Below, piece after piece: positions 43,787 to 54,710 of a DNA stretch of 64,000 bases. Numbering within the stretch: position 1 is the first letter of the stretch; each line of letters begins with the position of its first letter. The DNA lies in the NCBI GenBank assembly GCA_963741205.1, contig CAVUHW010000012.1, forward strand, positions 89,152 through 153,151, in the 5' to 3' direction. The DNA is from Nitrospirota bacterium. Lineage in GTDB: Bacteria; Nitrospirota; UBA9217. The notes under the pieces are model-generated. The model made no database searches. It had not been told where the DNA came from and was given only the letters and a program-made list of their open reading frames with translations. Both the position numbers and the translations under genes were made by a program.

Positions 43787-44032
43787 TTATTCTTCCTTCC
43801 CGTAAACCGCCCGGATCCTGCGGCCAAGTTCCCGAAGCGCGTCGGAGAATTTCATTCCCTGCTCCATGAGCTCGCGCACGACCTCGGCCTTGCTCAAGTC
43901 CGTCATGACATCATCAGTCTCATCGACGATCTCGCAGGCGTTCTCGCCCTTATCAAGCTGCTGCCGGATGCAAACTTCGAGCTGTTTCGCGGAATATTTT
44001 TCCACGATTTTTTTCAGGTCCTGACTCTTCAT
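43787..44032 (-). CDS. Small hypothetical protein upstream of pgi
   Basis: Clean helical ORF of about 81 aa with RBS AAGGA. Confidence 0.65.
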   Translation of the reverse strand: MKSQDLKKIVEKYSAKQLEVCIRQQLDKGENACEIVDETDDVMTDLSKAEVVRELMEQGMKFSDALRELGRRIRAVYGKEE

Positions 44033-44296
44033 GGTTGGCTTCCTTGATGGCATTGTAACTGCGAGGGTCTTGAAACAATATCTTCACACGAAGGCACGAA
44101 GCGCACAAAGAAAGACTAAAGATAAATATTGTTTTAATTTAAGCCCACGATCAAAGCCTTTCTTCGTGCCTTATGTGGCTTTTCCATGCGAGAAAGACTT
44201 ACGCAGTGACATGCCGTTATTTTAGCATAAAAAGCAGAGCACTGACCCGTCCGAAAATCGTTTTTTATCACGGCCTCTTTATGGTAATATACGGCC

Positions 44297-45669
44297 ATGC
44301 GTGAACAGGACACCATATGCGCCGTATCGACACCGCCGGGAGAGGGCGGCATCGGAATCGTGCGCATTAGCGGCAGGGAAGCGCTTGCCATCGCATCGAA
44401 GGTATTCCGGCCGCGTACGAAGAAAGGGCTTGAAACTGAAGGCTCTCATACGCTTCATTACGGCCATGTCATCGATCCCGCAACCGGCGAAACCGTGGAC
44501 GAGTCTATCGTGAGCGTGATGCGCGCGCCGCGAACGTACACGCGCGAGGACATCGTAGAGATAAACTGCCACGGCGGCATGATGCCGCTCTGGCGCACCA
44601 TGACACTCCTTATCGCCGGGGGAGCGAGGCAGGCGGACCCGGGTGAATTCACAAAGCGGGCTTTTCTGAACGGCAGGATCGACCTGGCCCAGGCCGAGGC
44701 CGTGATGGATATCATCCAGGCCAAGACGGAGCTGAGCCATAGGGCGGCGAATGATCTGCTTCTGGGCGGTCTTTCTTCGGAAATCAACGGGCTCCGGGAC
44801 AGCCTCATTTCGGTCATCGCTTCAGTCGAGGCAGGGATCGATTTCCCGGAAGAGGATATCGATACCGGGACCGGAATGCCGCTTGCGGAGGATGTCAGCA
44901 GGCTGCTTGCCAACGTGGATGGAGTTCTTTCAAGCTACGTACTATGGGAGGATCCTCCGCGATGGGTTCGCCGCCGCCATCGTGGGCAGGCCGAATGTGG
45001 GCAAGTCATCGCTGCTGAACGCGCTCTTAAAGCAGAACCGGGCCATTGTGACCGAGGTGCCGGGGACGACCCGGGACGTGCTTGAGGAATATCTGAATAT
45101 CTCGGGTGTGCCGGTCAGGATCCTGGACACCGCCGGCATCAGGCATGCCCATGACGTGGTGGAGCAGGAGGGGGTCCGCCGCAGCCTTGCCGCCATCGAG
45201 GTCGGCGGATATCGTGCTGATCGTTCTGGACGGGTCGCAGCCTCTTACCCCGGAAGACCGGCGCGTGATCGATGAAGCGCGGGACAGGAAGGCGATCGCG
45301 GTAATCAACAAATCGGACCTTCCGAGAAAGCTCGAATCGCTCGACTGGCCGGTGGTCCAGATATCCCTGTCATGCAAGAGCGGTGCGGGCATCGACGAGC
45401 TGAAGCGGGCCATCGCTGAACCGGTCCTGAAGGGGGCCGCGGGTCCGAGGGAGCATCCCTGGGCCGTGAACCGGCGGCACAAGACCGCGCTGGAGCAGGC
45501 GAGGGGAAGCCTCGAAAAGGCGCTCGAGTCGGTAAAGGCCGGCCTTTCTCCGGAATTTATCGCCCTGGACCTCCGCGACGCGCTGGATCATCTGGGCCTC
45601 ATCGTCGGCGCGACGTATACGGACGATATCCTCGAACGGATATTCAATGATTTTTGCATCGGGAAGTAG
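44297..45669 (+). CDS. mnmE: tRNA modification GTPase MnmE (frameshifted)
   Basis: [37 protein letters not shown] and FCIGK. Confidence 0.97.
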
Positions 45670-45705
45670 GCATTAAAATACGAATATACGTCGCGGCCTA
45701 TGGTA

Positions 45706-45795
45706 GCAGCTAAAAGCTGTTGCGTGTTGCGGGGAGACGGGTTGCGGGTTTAAAACGCGCAACGCGCAACCCGCAACGAGAAGATTCGCGTAACC
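45706..45795. repeat. Heptamer-based inverted-repeat element, copy 1 (homologue of 54586-54681)
   Basis: GCAGCTAAAAGCTGT-(GTTGCGG)n-TTTAAA-(CGCAACS)n-AAGATTCGCGTAACC. Confidence 0.8.
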
Positions 45796-45840
45796 GTATC
45801 AAGCTCTGGTATCAATTTCTGGTGAGAGATATCCTATAAA

Positions 45841-47718
45841 ATGTCACCCCAAAAGAAATACGATGTCGTCGTGATCGGCGCGGGGCATGCGGGCTGCGAG
45901 GCGGCGCTTGCCGCCTCCCGCATGGGCTGCGACACGCTCATGCTCACCATGAACCTCGACAGTATCGCCCTCATGTCCTGTAATCCGGCGATCGGCGGTC
46001 TTGCCAAGGGACACCTGGTGAAAGAGATAGACGCTCTGGGCGGCGAGATGGCGAAGATCATAGACCGTACCGGCATCCAGTTCCGGATTCTGAACCGGAG
46101 CAAAGGCCCGGCCGTGCGCGGCACACGCGCCCAGGCGGACAAGCAGCGCTACCGGCTTGCCATGAAGGAATCGGTCGAGCGACAGGGGAGACTCGACGTG
46201 AAGCAGGGGCTCGTGGAAAGGATCCTCGTAGAGGACGGAAAGGTTGCCGGCGTCGAGTCGAACATCGGAGTCCAGTATCCTGCGCGAGCGGTGATCGTCA
46301 CGACAGGGACATTTTTGAAGGGCCTCATCCATATCGGGCTCGTAAATTATCCCTCGGGCAGGGCAGGGGAGTTCCCTTCCGTCGGACTTTCGGATTGCCT
46401 TCGTGAACTGGGATTTGAAATAGGAAGACTCAAGACAGGCACTCCGGCCAGACTAAACGGAAGGTCCATTGATTTTTCAAAGATGAAATCCCAGCCCGGA
46501 GACGATCCTGCCCCTTTTTTCTCATCAACCGAAAAACAGCATCCTCTCCCACAAATGCCCTGTTTTCTTACATATACCAATGTGAACACTCACCAAATTA
46601 TACTTAATAATCTGCATCGCTCCCCACTTTACGCCGGAATAATAAAGGGTATCGGGCCCAGGTATTGTCCCTCGATAGAAGACAAGGTCAAGAGGTTCTC
46701 TGACCGTGAACGGCATCAGGTCTTTCTCGAGCCGGAAGGTCTCGATACGGAAGAGTATTACGCGAACGGCGTCTCCACGAGCCTTCCTTATGATGTCCAG
46801 GCTGAAATGTACCGGACCATCCCGGGGCTTGAAGCAGTCGAGATCATGCGGCCTGCCTATGCCATCGAGTATGACTTTGCGCCGCCCACACAGATCCGGC
46901 ATACTCTCGAGACAAAGCGGATTCCGGGACTTTATTTCGCGGGCCAGATAAACGGCACGTCCGGATACGAAGAAGCGGCAGCCCAGGGGCTTATGGCGGG
47001 AATCAATGCTGCGCTTAAGATACAGAAAAGACCGCCGCTTGTTCTTTCCCGCGCCGACGCGTATATCGGCGTTCTGATCGACGACCTGGTTACCAGGGGC
47101 ACGGCCGAACCATACCGCATGTTCACGTCGCGCGCCGAATACCGGCTCATCCTCAGGGAAGACAACGCGGACATGCGGCTTAAAGAGAAGGGGAGGGACC
47201 TCGGCCTCATATCGGAGGACGAATACCGGCTTTTTCTCGAAAAAAGGGAGAGCGTGGAGCGCGAAGTGCTCCGGCTTAAAAAGACGTGGATGAAACCGGA
47301 CCCGCTGATCAATGGTGTACTTGCAATGCGCGGGTCCGCGGAACTGTCCGCTGATGCGTCGCTCGACCAGCTCCTCAAGAGGCCGGAGATCGAATACAAA
47401 GACATCCTGAAAATGAGCCCTCCGCCGGAGATTCTTTCTCCCGCTGCCGCCGAGCAGGTCGAAATCCAGTCGAAATATGAAGGGTACATCCAGCGCCAAC
47501 TCCAGCAGGTGGAGCGCTTCTCTTCGCTGGAGCTGAAGAACATTCCCGATGATATGGACTACGACGGTGTTACCGGTCTCGGCAGCGAGGTAAAGCAGAA
47601 GCTGAAGCAGGTCCGGCCGATATCGCTTGGCCAGGCATCGAGGATATCGGGCGTGACGCCGGCCGCCATATCTCTCCTCATGGTGTCGCTGGAAAAAAGG
47701 AAGAGGGGAAGGGCGTAA
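45841..47718 (+). CDS. mnmG: tRNA uridine-5-carboxymethylaminomethyl synthesis enzyme MnmG (GidA)
   Basis: [25 protein letters not shown] and [12 protein letters not shown]. Confidence 0.98.
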   Translation: MSPQKKYDVVVIGAGHAGCEAALAASRMGCDTLMLTMNLDSIALMSCNPAIGGLAKGHLVKEIDALGGEMAKIIDRTGIQFRILNRSKGPAVRGTRAQADKQRYRLAMKESVERQGRLDVKQGLVERILVEDGKVAGVESNIGVQYPARAVIVTTGTFLKGLIHIGLVNYPSGRAGEFPSVGLSDCLRELGFEIGRLKTGTPARLNGRSIDFSKMKSQPGDDPAPFFSSTEKQHPLPQMPCFLTYTNVNTHQIILNNLHRSPLYAGIIKGIGPRYCPSIEDKVKRFSDRERHQVFLEPEGLDTEEYYANGVSTSLPYDVQAEMYRTIPGLEAVEIMRPAYAIEYDFAPPTQIRHTLETKRIPGLYFAGQINGTSGYEEAAAQGLMAGINAALKIQKRPPLVLSRADAYIGVLIDDLVTRGTAEPYRMFTSRAEYRLILREDNADMRLKEKGRDLGLISEDEYRLFLEKRESVEREVLRLKKTWMKPDPLINGVLAMRGSAELSADASLDQLLKRPEIEYKDILKMSPPPEILSPAAAEQVEIQSKYEGYIQRQLQQVERFSSLELKNIPDDMDYDGVTGLGSEVKQKLKQVRPISLGQASRISGVTPAAISLLMVSLEKRKRGRA

Positions 47719-47796
47719 GACGTAATGCGGAATTGGCGAATGCGGATTGCGGAATAAAAGCAGGGGCGCAACGCATTATAGGACAGATGGCGCGTC

Positions 47797-48456
47797 ATGA
47801 CACCAAGAGAGTTGCTGATAACGGGCGCAAAAGAGCTCGGCATCGAACTTACGGTTGAACAGGTTAATTCCTTCTTCATTTATCTGACCGAGCTTAAGAA
47901 GTGGAACCGGAAGATCAACCTCACAGCCATCAGAGATGATCGGGATATTATCGTCAAGCATGTGCTTGATTCCCTTACCTACCTGAAGGGCTTCGATCCG
48001 ACTGGGAGGCCGGTGCTTCTCGACATGGGGTCCGGTGCGGGATTTCCCGCGATTCCAATCAAGATTGCAGGGTCTGAAATATCGGTCACACTGGTGGAGT
48101 CGGTCAAGAAGAAAGCCTCCTTTCTCCGGCACATCATCAGGACGTTGCAACTCGCCGGAGCGGAGGTCATCGACAAAAGGACCGAGGAACTTCACGCTTC
48201 ATCGCTGTCCTCATTCGATGTGGTGACGGCCCGCGCCTTCGCATCAATGGAGGCCGCGCTTGCAGCGGGAGCCCCGTTCTTAAGAACCGGGGGCCTCATG
48301 GTCCTGAGCAGGGGACCGGAGGAGACCATAAGCGAGAAGGAGTATCTTAAGTCAGGCGTTACCCTGAAAACAAGAATGAATGTGACGCTCCCGCATTCAG
48401 ACTATAAGCGGGCGATCTGGGTGTTCTCAAAACAGACAGAGCAACGAATATCGTAA
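47797..48456 (+). CDS. rsmG: 16S rRNA m7G527 methyltransferase (GidB)
   Basis: WNRKINLTA, HVLDSL, DMGSGAGFP and VTARA. Confidence 0.96.
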   Translation: MTPRELLITGAKELGIELTVEQVNSFFIYLTELKKWNRKINLTAIRDDRDIIVKHVLDSLTYLKGFDPTGRPVLLDMGSGAGFPAIPIKIAGSEISVTLVESVKKKASFLRHIIRTLQLAGAEVIDKRTEELHASSLSSFDVVTARAFASMEAALAAGAPFLRTGGLMVLSRGPEETISEKEYLKSGVTLKTRMNVTLPHSDYKRAIWVFSKQTEQRIS

Positions 48457-48621
48457 ACCCTTCGCATTCAATCTTGCGATGTCCTGTTTATTGTTTCATG
48501 ATTCGTGACCCATATACCCCTCAAAATATCCATTTAAGTGGGATAACATAGTGGTATATCGTCTTAAAATGGCTATTGAGTGGGTATTTTATATATTTTG
48601 GTTGCGGCTGGAGGCCGCGTT

Positions 48622-49689
48622 ATGACTGAAGGCACACTTAAAATTCCGGCAGAATGGCGGGAAATCGCAGACGAGATCGTGGTCCAGGGAGGGCCCGTGC
48701 TTGTTATCGGCGCGCCTGGCTCGGGTAAGTCCACGTTCTGCCTCTATCTCTCGGGGCTCGTCTGCCGCCGGGGCGGGAGGGTGGCGTGGGTCGAGGCCGA
48801 CCCCGGTCAGCCCATTATCGGCCCGCCGGCAGCCATCTCGCTCACGCCTTATACCGAGGCGGCCGACCTCCTCCGGCGGAGAAACCCGATGGTCATGAGC
48901 TTCATCGGCAACACCTCGCCGGTCGGGCGTCTCCTCGAAATGATCGCGGGGCTTCAGAAACTGGTCACCCTCGCGCATACGCTCAAACCCGACCTCATCC
49001 TTATCAATACCTGCGGACTCGTCAGCGGGGGTGCGGCGCGGGAGCTCAAGTTCCACGAGATCGACATGCTTTCCCCCCGGTATGTCATAGCCCTCCAGAA
49101 GGGGACCGAGGTCGAACATCTGCTAACACCCCATTCCCACCGCGCCGGCCTCTTGATCCGACGCCTGCCCGTCTCGCCCGATGCGCGGGTCTCAACGGGG
49201 GAGGCAAGACGCGCTGCCCGCGAACAGCGCTTCAGGGAGTATTTCCGCGGCGCCGACTTTCAGGAGATCGCGCTCCACGATGTAGGCATTCACGGCCCGG
49301 GCCTCGGCACCGGAGAACGGCTCGGGTTCCGTGACATCAACAAGCTTTCCAAGATTTTCCAGGCCATCGTGGTCCATGCCGAGCTGTGCTTTGACCGGCT
49401 TTTTCTTATCGTCGACGGCGAGTTTGCGGAAGACGAGCTCTTTACGGCAAAGGAACAGTACCAGGTGCGGGAGGTCATGGTCATGAAACGGTCGGAGTTT
49501 GACCATTTGATCGTCGGCCTGAATGATGAACGAAACCTCTGCCTCGGGCTTGGCATCGTGCGTGCGATCGACCTAAAAGAACTCTCTCTGCGCATAATAA
49601 CCCCGCTGCGTGATGTCTCCGGTATCCGTCATATCTCACTCGGCTCTCTCAGGGTAAGCCCCGCAGGGGGCGAGCTCGGGCAGGTATAA
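48622..49689 (+). CDS. Clp1/Grc3-like polynucleotide 5'-kinase
   Basis: GAPGSGKST, EADPGQ..IGPP, INTCG, lid RRAARE and a C-terminal GLGIV...TP segment. Confidence 0.82.
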   Translation: MTEGTLKIPAEWREIADEIVVQGGPVLVIGAPGSGKSTFCLYLSGLVCRRGGRVAWVEADPGQPIIGPPAAISLTPYTEAADLLRRRNPMVMSFIGNTSPVGRLLEMIAGLQKLVTLAHTLKPDLILINTCGLVSGGAARELKFHEIDMLSPRYVIALQKGTEVEHLLTPHSHRAGLLIRRLPVSPDARVSTGEARRAAREQRFREYFRGADFQEIALHDVGIHGPGLGTGERLGFRDINKLSKIFQAIVVHAELCFDRLFLIVDGEFAEDELFTAKEQYQVREVMVMKRSEFDHLIVGLNDERNLCLGLGIVRAIDLKELSLRIITPLRDVSGIRHISLGSLRVSPAGGELGQV

Positions 49690-49772
49690 GAGGATTTCCT
49701 TGCCTTTAGCATATCCATTTCGACCCGTCCGGAGATCGCCCTTCCCAAGATAAAAAAACACTCATAATGCCG

Positions 49773-49788
49773 TGTTCCACGTGGAACA
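49773..49788. promoter_or_regulatory. parS centromere-like site
   Basis: Perfect palindrome TGTTCCACGTGGAACA. Confidence 0.92.
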
Positions 49789-50105
49789 TCTTTCCGAAAT
49801 TTCTGCATCTAATCAGCATATGTGAATATTTTGAAATGCTTTCTCTAGACGTCTTTCCTCGTCCCGCGACCGATAAGATTTAGAAACGGGGTGAGGCCGG
49901 CTAGTTCTCGTTCGGTATTCCAAAAGTATCTTTCCTGCGTTGTCATTCCGGGCTTGGACGCGGAATCTATTTTCCCGATGGGTCTCCGCTCCCCGATAGA
50001 ATCATTTCGAGGCCAAGTTTCATCGCGGGTGCCATCTTTGAAATAGGTATAATTAATAAGCAGAAATATCGCTGCGGGAAAATAGTTTAGAAAAATCGCA
50101 ACTCT

Positions 50106-50148
50106 TATGACGCCCATCATACCTGTTTCCCGTTCCTCCCTGTATAAT
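50106..50148 (+). promoter_or_regulatory. CRP/FNR-family (HcpR-like) class II promoter of hcp
   Basis: TATGA-CGCCCA-TCATA (50106-50121) with TATAAT at 50143-50148, placing the site near -41.5. Confidence 0.72.
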
Positions 50149-50197
50149 CGGCTCACATTATTCATCGAGCATAAATTTCGTTCCAACGGAGGATACT

Positions 50198-51883
50198 ATG
50201 TTTTGTTATCAATGTGAACAGGCGGCAAACGGTAAGGCATGCACCAAGATCGGCGTATGCGGCAAGGATCCGGAATTATCTTCATTGCAGGACCTCTTGA
50301 TCTATTCCCTGAAAGGCCTTTCGCTCGTCGCGGTTGAAGGCAGGGGCCACGGCGTCAATGACCAGGAAGTGAACCTTTTCCTGACCAAAGGGCTCTTTTC
50401 AACGCTCACGAACGTGGACTTCGATCCCAAGCGGTTCGAAACACTTATCAGGAAAAGCGTTATCCTCCGCGAGGGACTGAAGACAAAGGTCACGGCAGCA
50501 GGCGGCAGAACGGACTTTGCCCATGGTTGCGCCTCTTTCAATCCGGCAGCGACCATCGAAGAGATGGTAAAACAGGGCCGTGAGGTGCGGGAGCGGGTCC
50601 CTGATGCGATGATCAACCCCGATATCCAGTCCCTCCAGGACATTCTGCTCTTCGGCCTCAAGGGCGTTGCCGCTTATGCGGACCATGCGCAGATCCTCGG
50701 CAAGACCGACGATACGGTTTACGCGTTCATGGCTGAAGCGCTGGCTGCCATGACCGGCACCGATCTGGGCCTGAACGAATGGATCGCTCTCGTGCTCAAG
50801 TGCGGAGAGGTGAACCTGAAGGCCATGGAGATCCTCGATGGCGGCAACACCGGCACCTTCGGCCATCCGGTCCCGACCAAGGTCCCGCTCGGCGCGAAGA
50901 AAGGCAAGGCCATCCTCGTTTCCGGCCATGACCTGAAAGACCTTGACATGATTCTGAAGCAGAGCGAAGGCAAGGGAATCAACGTTTATACCCACGGCGA
51001 GATGCTGCCGGCCCATGGCTACCCGAGCCTCAAGAAATATTCGCATTTCTATGGCCATTACGGCACAGCCTGGCAGAACCAGCACAAGGAATTCGCGCAT
51101 TTCCCCGGCGCCATCGTGATGACCACGAACTGCATCCAGAAGCCGCTGGCATCGTACAAGGACAACCTCTTCACCTGCGGCCTCGTGGGCTGGCCCGATG
51201 TGAAGCACATCTCCGACGGCAACTTCGCCACCGTGATCGAGAAGGCCCTGGCTCTTCCCGGCTTCACGGCCGACGCGCCGGGCAAGGAAGTTTTCTCGGG
51301 ATTCGCTCGCAATGCCGTGCTCGGCGTGGCGGACAAGGTGATCGACGCGGTCAAGGAAGGGAACATCCGCCACTTCTTCCTCGTGGGCGGCTGCGACGGC
51401 GCGAAGCCGGGCAGGAACTACTACACCGAGTTCGTGGAAAAAGCGCCCAAGGACACGGTCATCATGACCCTGGCCTGCGGCAAGTTCCGGTTCTTTGACA
51501 AGAACCTGGGGGATATCGGCGGCATCCCGCGGCTCCTGGACATCGGCCAGTGCAACGACGCATACTCGGCTGTCCAGATCGCGCTTGCGCTTTCCAAGGC
51601 CTTCAATATCGGCGTGAACGAGCTGCCGCTCTCGCTGGTGCTTTCGTGGTACGAGCAGAAAGCTGTCGCGATCCTGCTCTCCCTCCTGTCCCTGGGCATC
51701 AAGGACATCCGGCTTGGGCCGACGCTCCCGGCCTTCATCACGCCGAACGTGCTGGACGTGCTGGTCAAGAACTTCGGCATCAGGCCGATCGCGGCCACGG
51801 CCGAGGAAGACCTTGAGGAGATCCTGGGCCCCTGCTGGTCGAAGACAAAAGCGGAATGTCTGGCAGAAGAAGTAACGGCCTAA
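50198..51883 (+). CDS. hcp: Hybrid cluster (prismane) protein / hydroxylamine-NO reductase, class I
   Basis: MFCYQCEQ with Cx2Cx8Cx5C; SGHDL, THGEM, TNC, GGCDG, LACGK, GQCND and WYEQKA. Confidence 0.97.
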   Translation: MFCYQCEQAANGKACTKIGVCGKDPELSSLQDLLIYSLKGLSLVAVEGRGHGVNDQEVNLFLTKGLFSTLTNVDFDPKRFETLIRKSVILREGLKTKVTAAGGRTDFAHGCASFNPAATIEEMVKQGREVRERVPDAMINPDIQSLQDILLFGLKGVAAYADHAQILGKTDDTVYAFMAEALAAMTGTDLGLNEWIALVLKCGEVNLKAMEILDGGNTGTFGHPVPTKVPLGAKKGKAILVSGHDLKDLDMILKQSEGKGINVYTHGEMLPAHGYPSLKKYSHFYGHYGTAWQNQHKEFAHFPGAIVMTTNCIQKPLASYKDNLFTCGLVGWPDVKHISDGNFATVIEKALALPGFTADAPGKEVFSGFARNAVLGVADKVIDAVKEGNIRHFFLVGGCDGAKPGRNYYTEFVEKAPKDTVIMTLACGKFRFFDKNLGDIGGIPRLLDIGQCNDAYSAVQIALALSKAFNIGVNELPLSLVLSWYEQKAVAILLSLLSLGIKDIRLGPTLPAFITPNVLDVLVKNFGIRPIAATAEEDLEEILGPCWSKTKAECLAEEVTA

Positions 51884-51948
51884 AAGGCAAAGGCAAAAGG
51901 CACAGGCCATCGGCAAGGGTTACGAAGCCCGTTTCGTCGTTCGGTTAT

Positions 51949-52131
51949 GTGGTTCGTGTTTTTTTACTGTACCGGTCGACGCTCGACGATACGGGCCTCG
52001 TTTCCGACTGGCGATTTCTTATCTGATGCGGCTCTCGCCTGCACCCGCGTTTTCAAGAGCAGGGTGTAATCGATACCGCATTCCACAGGGTTCTGCGTCT
52101 GGACCCAGGCAACGAAAAAATATCAAACCGC
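51949..52131 (+). ncRNA. Candidate ~183-nt structured RNA, 6S-like rod
   Basis: The ends pair (GTGGTT/AACCGC, GTGTTTTTT/AAAAAATAT, GGTC/GACC, GACGC/GCGTC). Apical stems ATGCGG/CCGCAT and TGCACCC/GGGTGTA. Terminator immediately after. Confidence 0.5.
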
Positions 52132-52137
52132 CCCCCC

Positions 52138-52169
52138 GGCAGGACGGGATCAACCGTCCTGCCTTTTTT
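52138..52169 (+). terminator. Rho-independent terminator
   Basis: GGCAGGACGG-GATCAA-CCGTCCTGCC-TTTTTT. Confidence 0.88.
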
Positions 52170-52185
52170 CTATTCTGCGAGGCAT

Positions 52186-52201
52186 TGTTCCACGTGGAAC
52201 A
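52186..52201. promoter_or_regulatory. parS centromere-like site
   Basis: TGTTCCACGTGGAACA, about 230 bp upstream of parA. Confidence 0.92.
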
Positions 52202-52429
52202 TGCCAGTGCGGATTTCCCCGAACAATCCGGGGCAGGCTCCTTGCGGTGCCGCGGCATCGAGGAATGGCCCCGCCATGGTTTATCCGCGTTCATCTGCGT
52301 AAATCCGCGTCCCGTAACGTTTCGATTATCCGCCCACCGCTCTTTGTCAATTTTTCCTTCCTTTTATCGCTATCCTATGGTAAATTAGACAGGTTCTGGA
52401 CCGGTTTTGTCGGAGGGTTTTCGGAAAAC

Positions 52430-53208
52430 ATGGGCAGGGTCATCGCAATTGCCAACCAGAAAGGCGGCGTGGGCAAGACCACGACCACCGTGAATATTGC
52501 GGCGTCGCTTGCCGCAGCGGAAAAGAAGGTGCTCCTGATCGACTCGGACCCTCAGGGCAACTCTTCGAGCGGCATGGGGATCGACCGGAGCGAGATCACC
52601 GGCAAGCACCTATGACCTCTTCACCGGCAAGAAGTCGCTTCAGGAGATAAAGAAGTCCACGCACTTTCCCTGGCTCGACGTGGTCCCGGCAAAGATCGAC
52701 CTGGTCGGCGTCGAGATAGAGCTCATCCAGATGATCGCCCGCGAGCGGGTGCTCAAGAAGGCGCTCGCGAACTTCAGAAACGACTACGACTACATCCTCA
52801 TCGACTGCCCGCCGTCCCTCGGCCTCCTTACGGTCAACGCCCTGACCGCGGCGGACGGGGTCATCATCCCGGTGCAGTGCGAGTACTACGCGCTCGAGGG
52901 CCTTTCAGCGCTGACGAACACCATCAAGCTCATCAAACAGGAACTGAACCCGGACCTCACCATCGAGGGCGTGCTCCTCACCATGTACGACACGCAGGAA
53001 CAACCTGGCGGAACAGGTGGCCCAGGAAGTGCGCAAGTACTTCGGGAGCAAGGTGTATACGACCGTCATTCACCGGAACGTGGCGCTCTCCGAGGCGCCG
53101 AGCCACGGCAAGCCGGTGCTGTTATACGACATCCGGTCCCGCGGCGCCCAGAACTACCTGGATCTCGCGAAGGAGGTCATCAGCAATGCAAAAGCAGGCG
53201 CTCGGTAA
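52430..53208 (+). CDS. parA: Chromosome partitioning ATPase ParA/Soj (frameshifted)
   Basis: [33 protein letters not shown] and EAPSHG. Confidence 0.96.
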
Positions 53209-54061
53209 GGGTCTCGGCGCGCTGATCCCGGACCTGTCCACGCTCGATGACAAGGAAAAGAAGGCCCTGGGCATCACCGAGATCGAACTGGACAAGATCA
53301 TCCCGAACGAATACCAGCCCCGGAAGGTTTTTGACGACGGGAAGCTGAGGGAACTGGCCGCATCGATCAAAGAGCAGGGCGTGATCCAGCCCGTCATCGT
53401 GCACAAGGCGGGAAGCGGCTACCAGCTCATCGCCGGAGAGCGCCGGTGGCGCGCGTCGCGCATCGCCGGCCTTAAGACCATCCCGGCCCTCGTCAAGGAA
53501 GCGAGCAAGCGGGAATTCCTCGAAATGGCGCTGATCGAGAACATCCAGCGCGAGGACCTGAACCCCCTCGAAGCGGCCGAGGCGTACAAAAGGCTCCAGG
53601 ACGAATTCAAGCTTACGCAGGAGGACCTCGCCAGGAGGGTCGGCAAGGAACGCTCGACCGTCACGAATTTCCTCCGCATACTCCATCTGCCGAAAGAAGT
53701 GAAGCAGGACATAGCGTCCGGCTCGCTCAGCATGGGCCATGCCAAGGCGCTCCTGTCGCTCGAACGAGGCCGCGACCAGGTCCAGGCCGCCGCGCTCATC
53801 ACGAAGAAAGGGCTTTCAGTGCGCGAGGCCGAGGCGTTGGCCTCCCGGCTCAAGGCTCCGCCGAAGGAGAAGAAGGCCCGGCTGAGCCATGAGCTGAAAG
53901 CGGTTGAAGAGAAGCTCAGGAAGGCGCTCGGCACGAAGGTGAGCATCACCCCGAAATCGAAGGGCGGCAGGATCGTGATCGAGTACTATTCCGCTGAGGA
54001 ATTGGACGGGATTCTGGAAAAGCTAAGCTGTGACACGACGCACATACGGGATGCAAGATGA
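53186..54061 (+). CDS. parB: Chromosome partitioning protein ParB/Spo0J
   Basis: [27 protein letters not shown] and HTH. Confidence 0.97.
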   Translation: MQKQALGKGLGALIPDLSTLDDKEKKALGITEIELDKIIPNEYQPRKVFDDGKLRELAASIKEQGVIQPVIVHKAGSGYQLIAGERRWRASRIAGLKTIPALVKEASKREFLEMALIENIQREDLNPLEAAEAYKRLQDEFKLTQEDLARRVGKERSTVTNFLRILHLPKEVKQDIASGSLSMGHAKALLSLERGRDQVQAAALITKKGLSVREAEALASRLKAPPKEKKARLSHELKAVEEKLRKALGTKVSITPKSKGGRIVIEYYSAEELDGILEKLSCDTTHIRDAR

Positions 54062-54171
54062 ATGATACAAGTGTAAGAAGCCGAAAATCGTCGAGTACGG
54101 AACCATCATGAATGACGATTAACGACCGTGCGTCATGTATCACGGATCGCTTAATTTCTAAGGAGGAATCC

Positions 54172-54567
54172 ATGCTGAAGAAGAGTTCGGGCACACCAGA
54201 GCAGGCTGAGATAACCGCATTCCTGGGAAAAGGCACGGAGTTCAAGGGGGTCTTGAGCTTTGCGGGGACCATCCGCGTTGACGGCAAGGTTGAAGGGGAG
54301 ATCGTCTCAAAGGACACGCTCATCGCAGGCGACGGGGCTTTCCTCCAGGGCGAGATCTCCGTCGGGACACTCATCTCGAGCGGAAAGATCGTGGGCAATG
54401 TCAACGCCGGCCAGAAGGTGCACCTCCTTGCCCCGGCGAGCATCCAGGGCAACATCAAGACACCGAAGCTCATTATCGAGGAGGGCGTGATCTTCGACGG
54501 CAAGAGCGAAATGGTCGGCGAAAAGAAGGCCGCGGAGCAGAAGGTCGTGTCGATCGCGGACCGGTAG
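54172..54567 (+). CDS. Bactofilin (polymer-forming cytoskeletal protein)
   Basis: FLGKGTEFKG.L....IRVDG.VEGEI...GNI.TP.L.IEEG..FDG. Confidence 0.92.
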   Translation: MLKKSSGTPEQAEITAFLGKGTEFKGVLSFAGTIRVDGKVEGEIVSKDTLIAGDGAFLQGEISVGTLISSGKIVGNVNAGQKVHLLAPASIQGNIKTPKLIIEEGVIFDGKSEMVGEKKAAEQKVVSIADR

Positions 54568-54585
54568 AGAACGCTGCCAGAGGCC

Positions 54586-54681
54586 GCAGCCAAAGGCTGT
54601 TACGGGTTGCGGGAATGACATGTTGCGGGTTTAAACTCGCAACTCGCAACCCGCAACTCGACCAAAAGATTCACGCTAACC
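54586..54681. repeat. Heptamer-based inverted-repeat element, copy 2
   Basis: GCAGCCAAAGGCTGT...GTTGCGGG-TTTAAA-(CTCGCAA)n...AAGATTCACGCTAACC. Confidence 0.8.
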
Positions 54682-54710
54682 TGTCAATCCTTGCTTAGAA
54701 ATAACATACT

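Noticed and set aside
54172-54567. Bactofilin next to parAB as a novelty
   Set aside because: Links between bactofilins and ParABS are already described, for example in Myxococcus.
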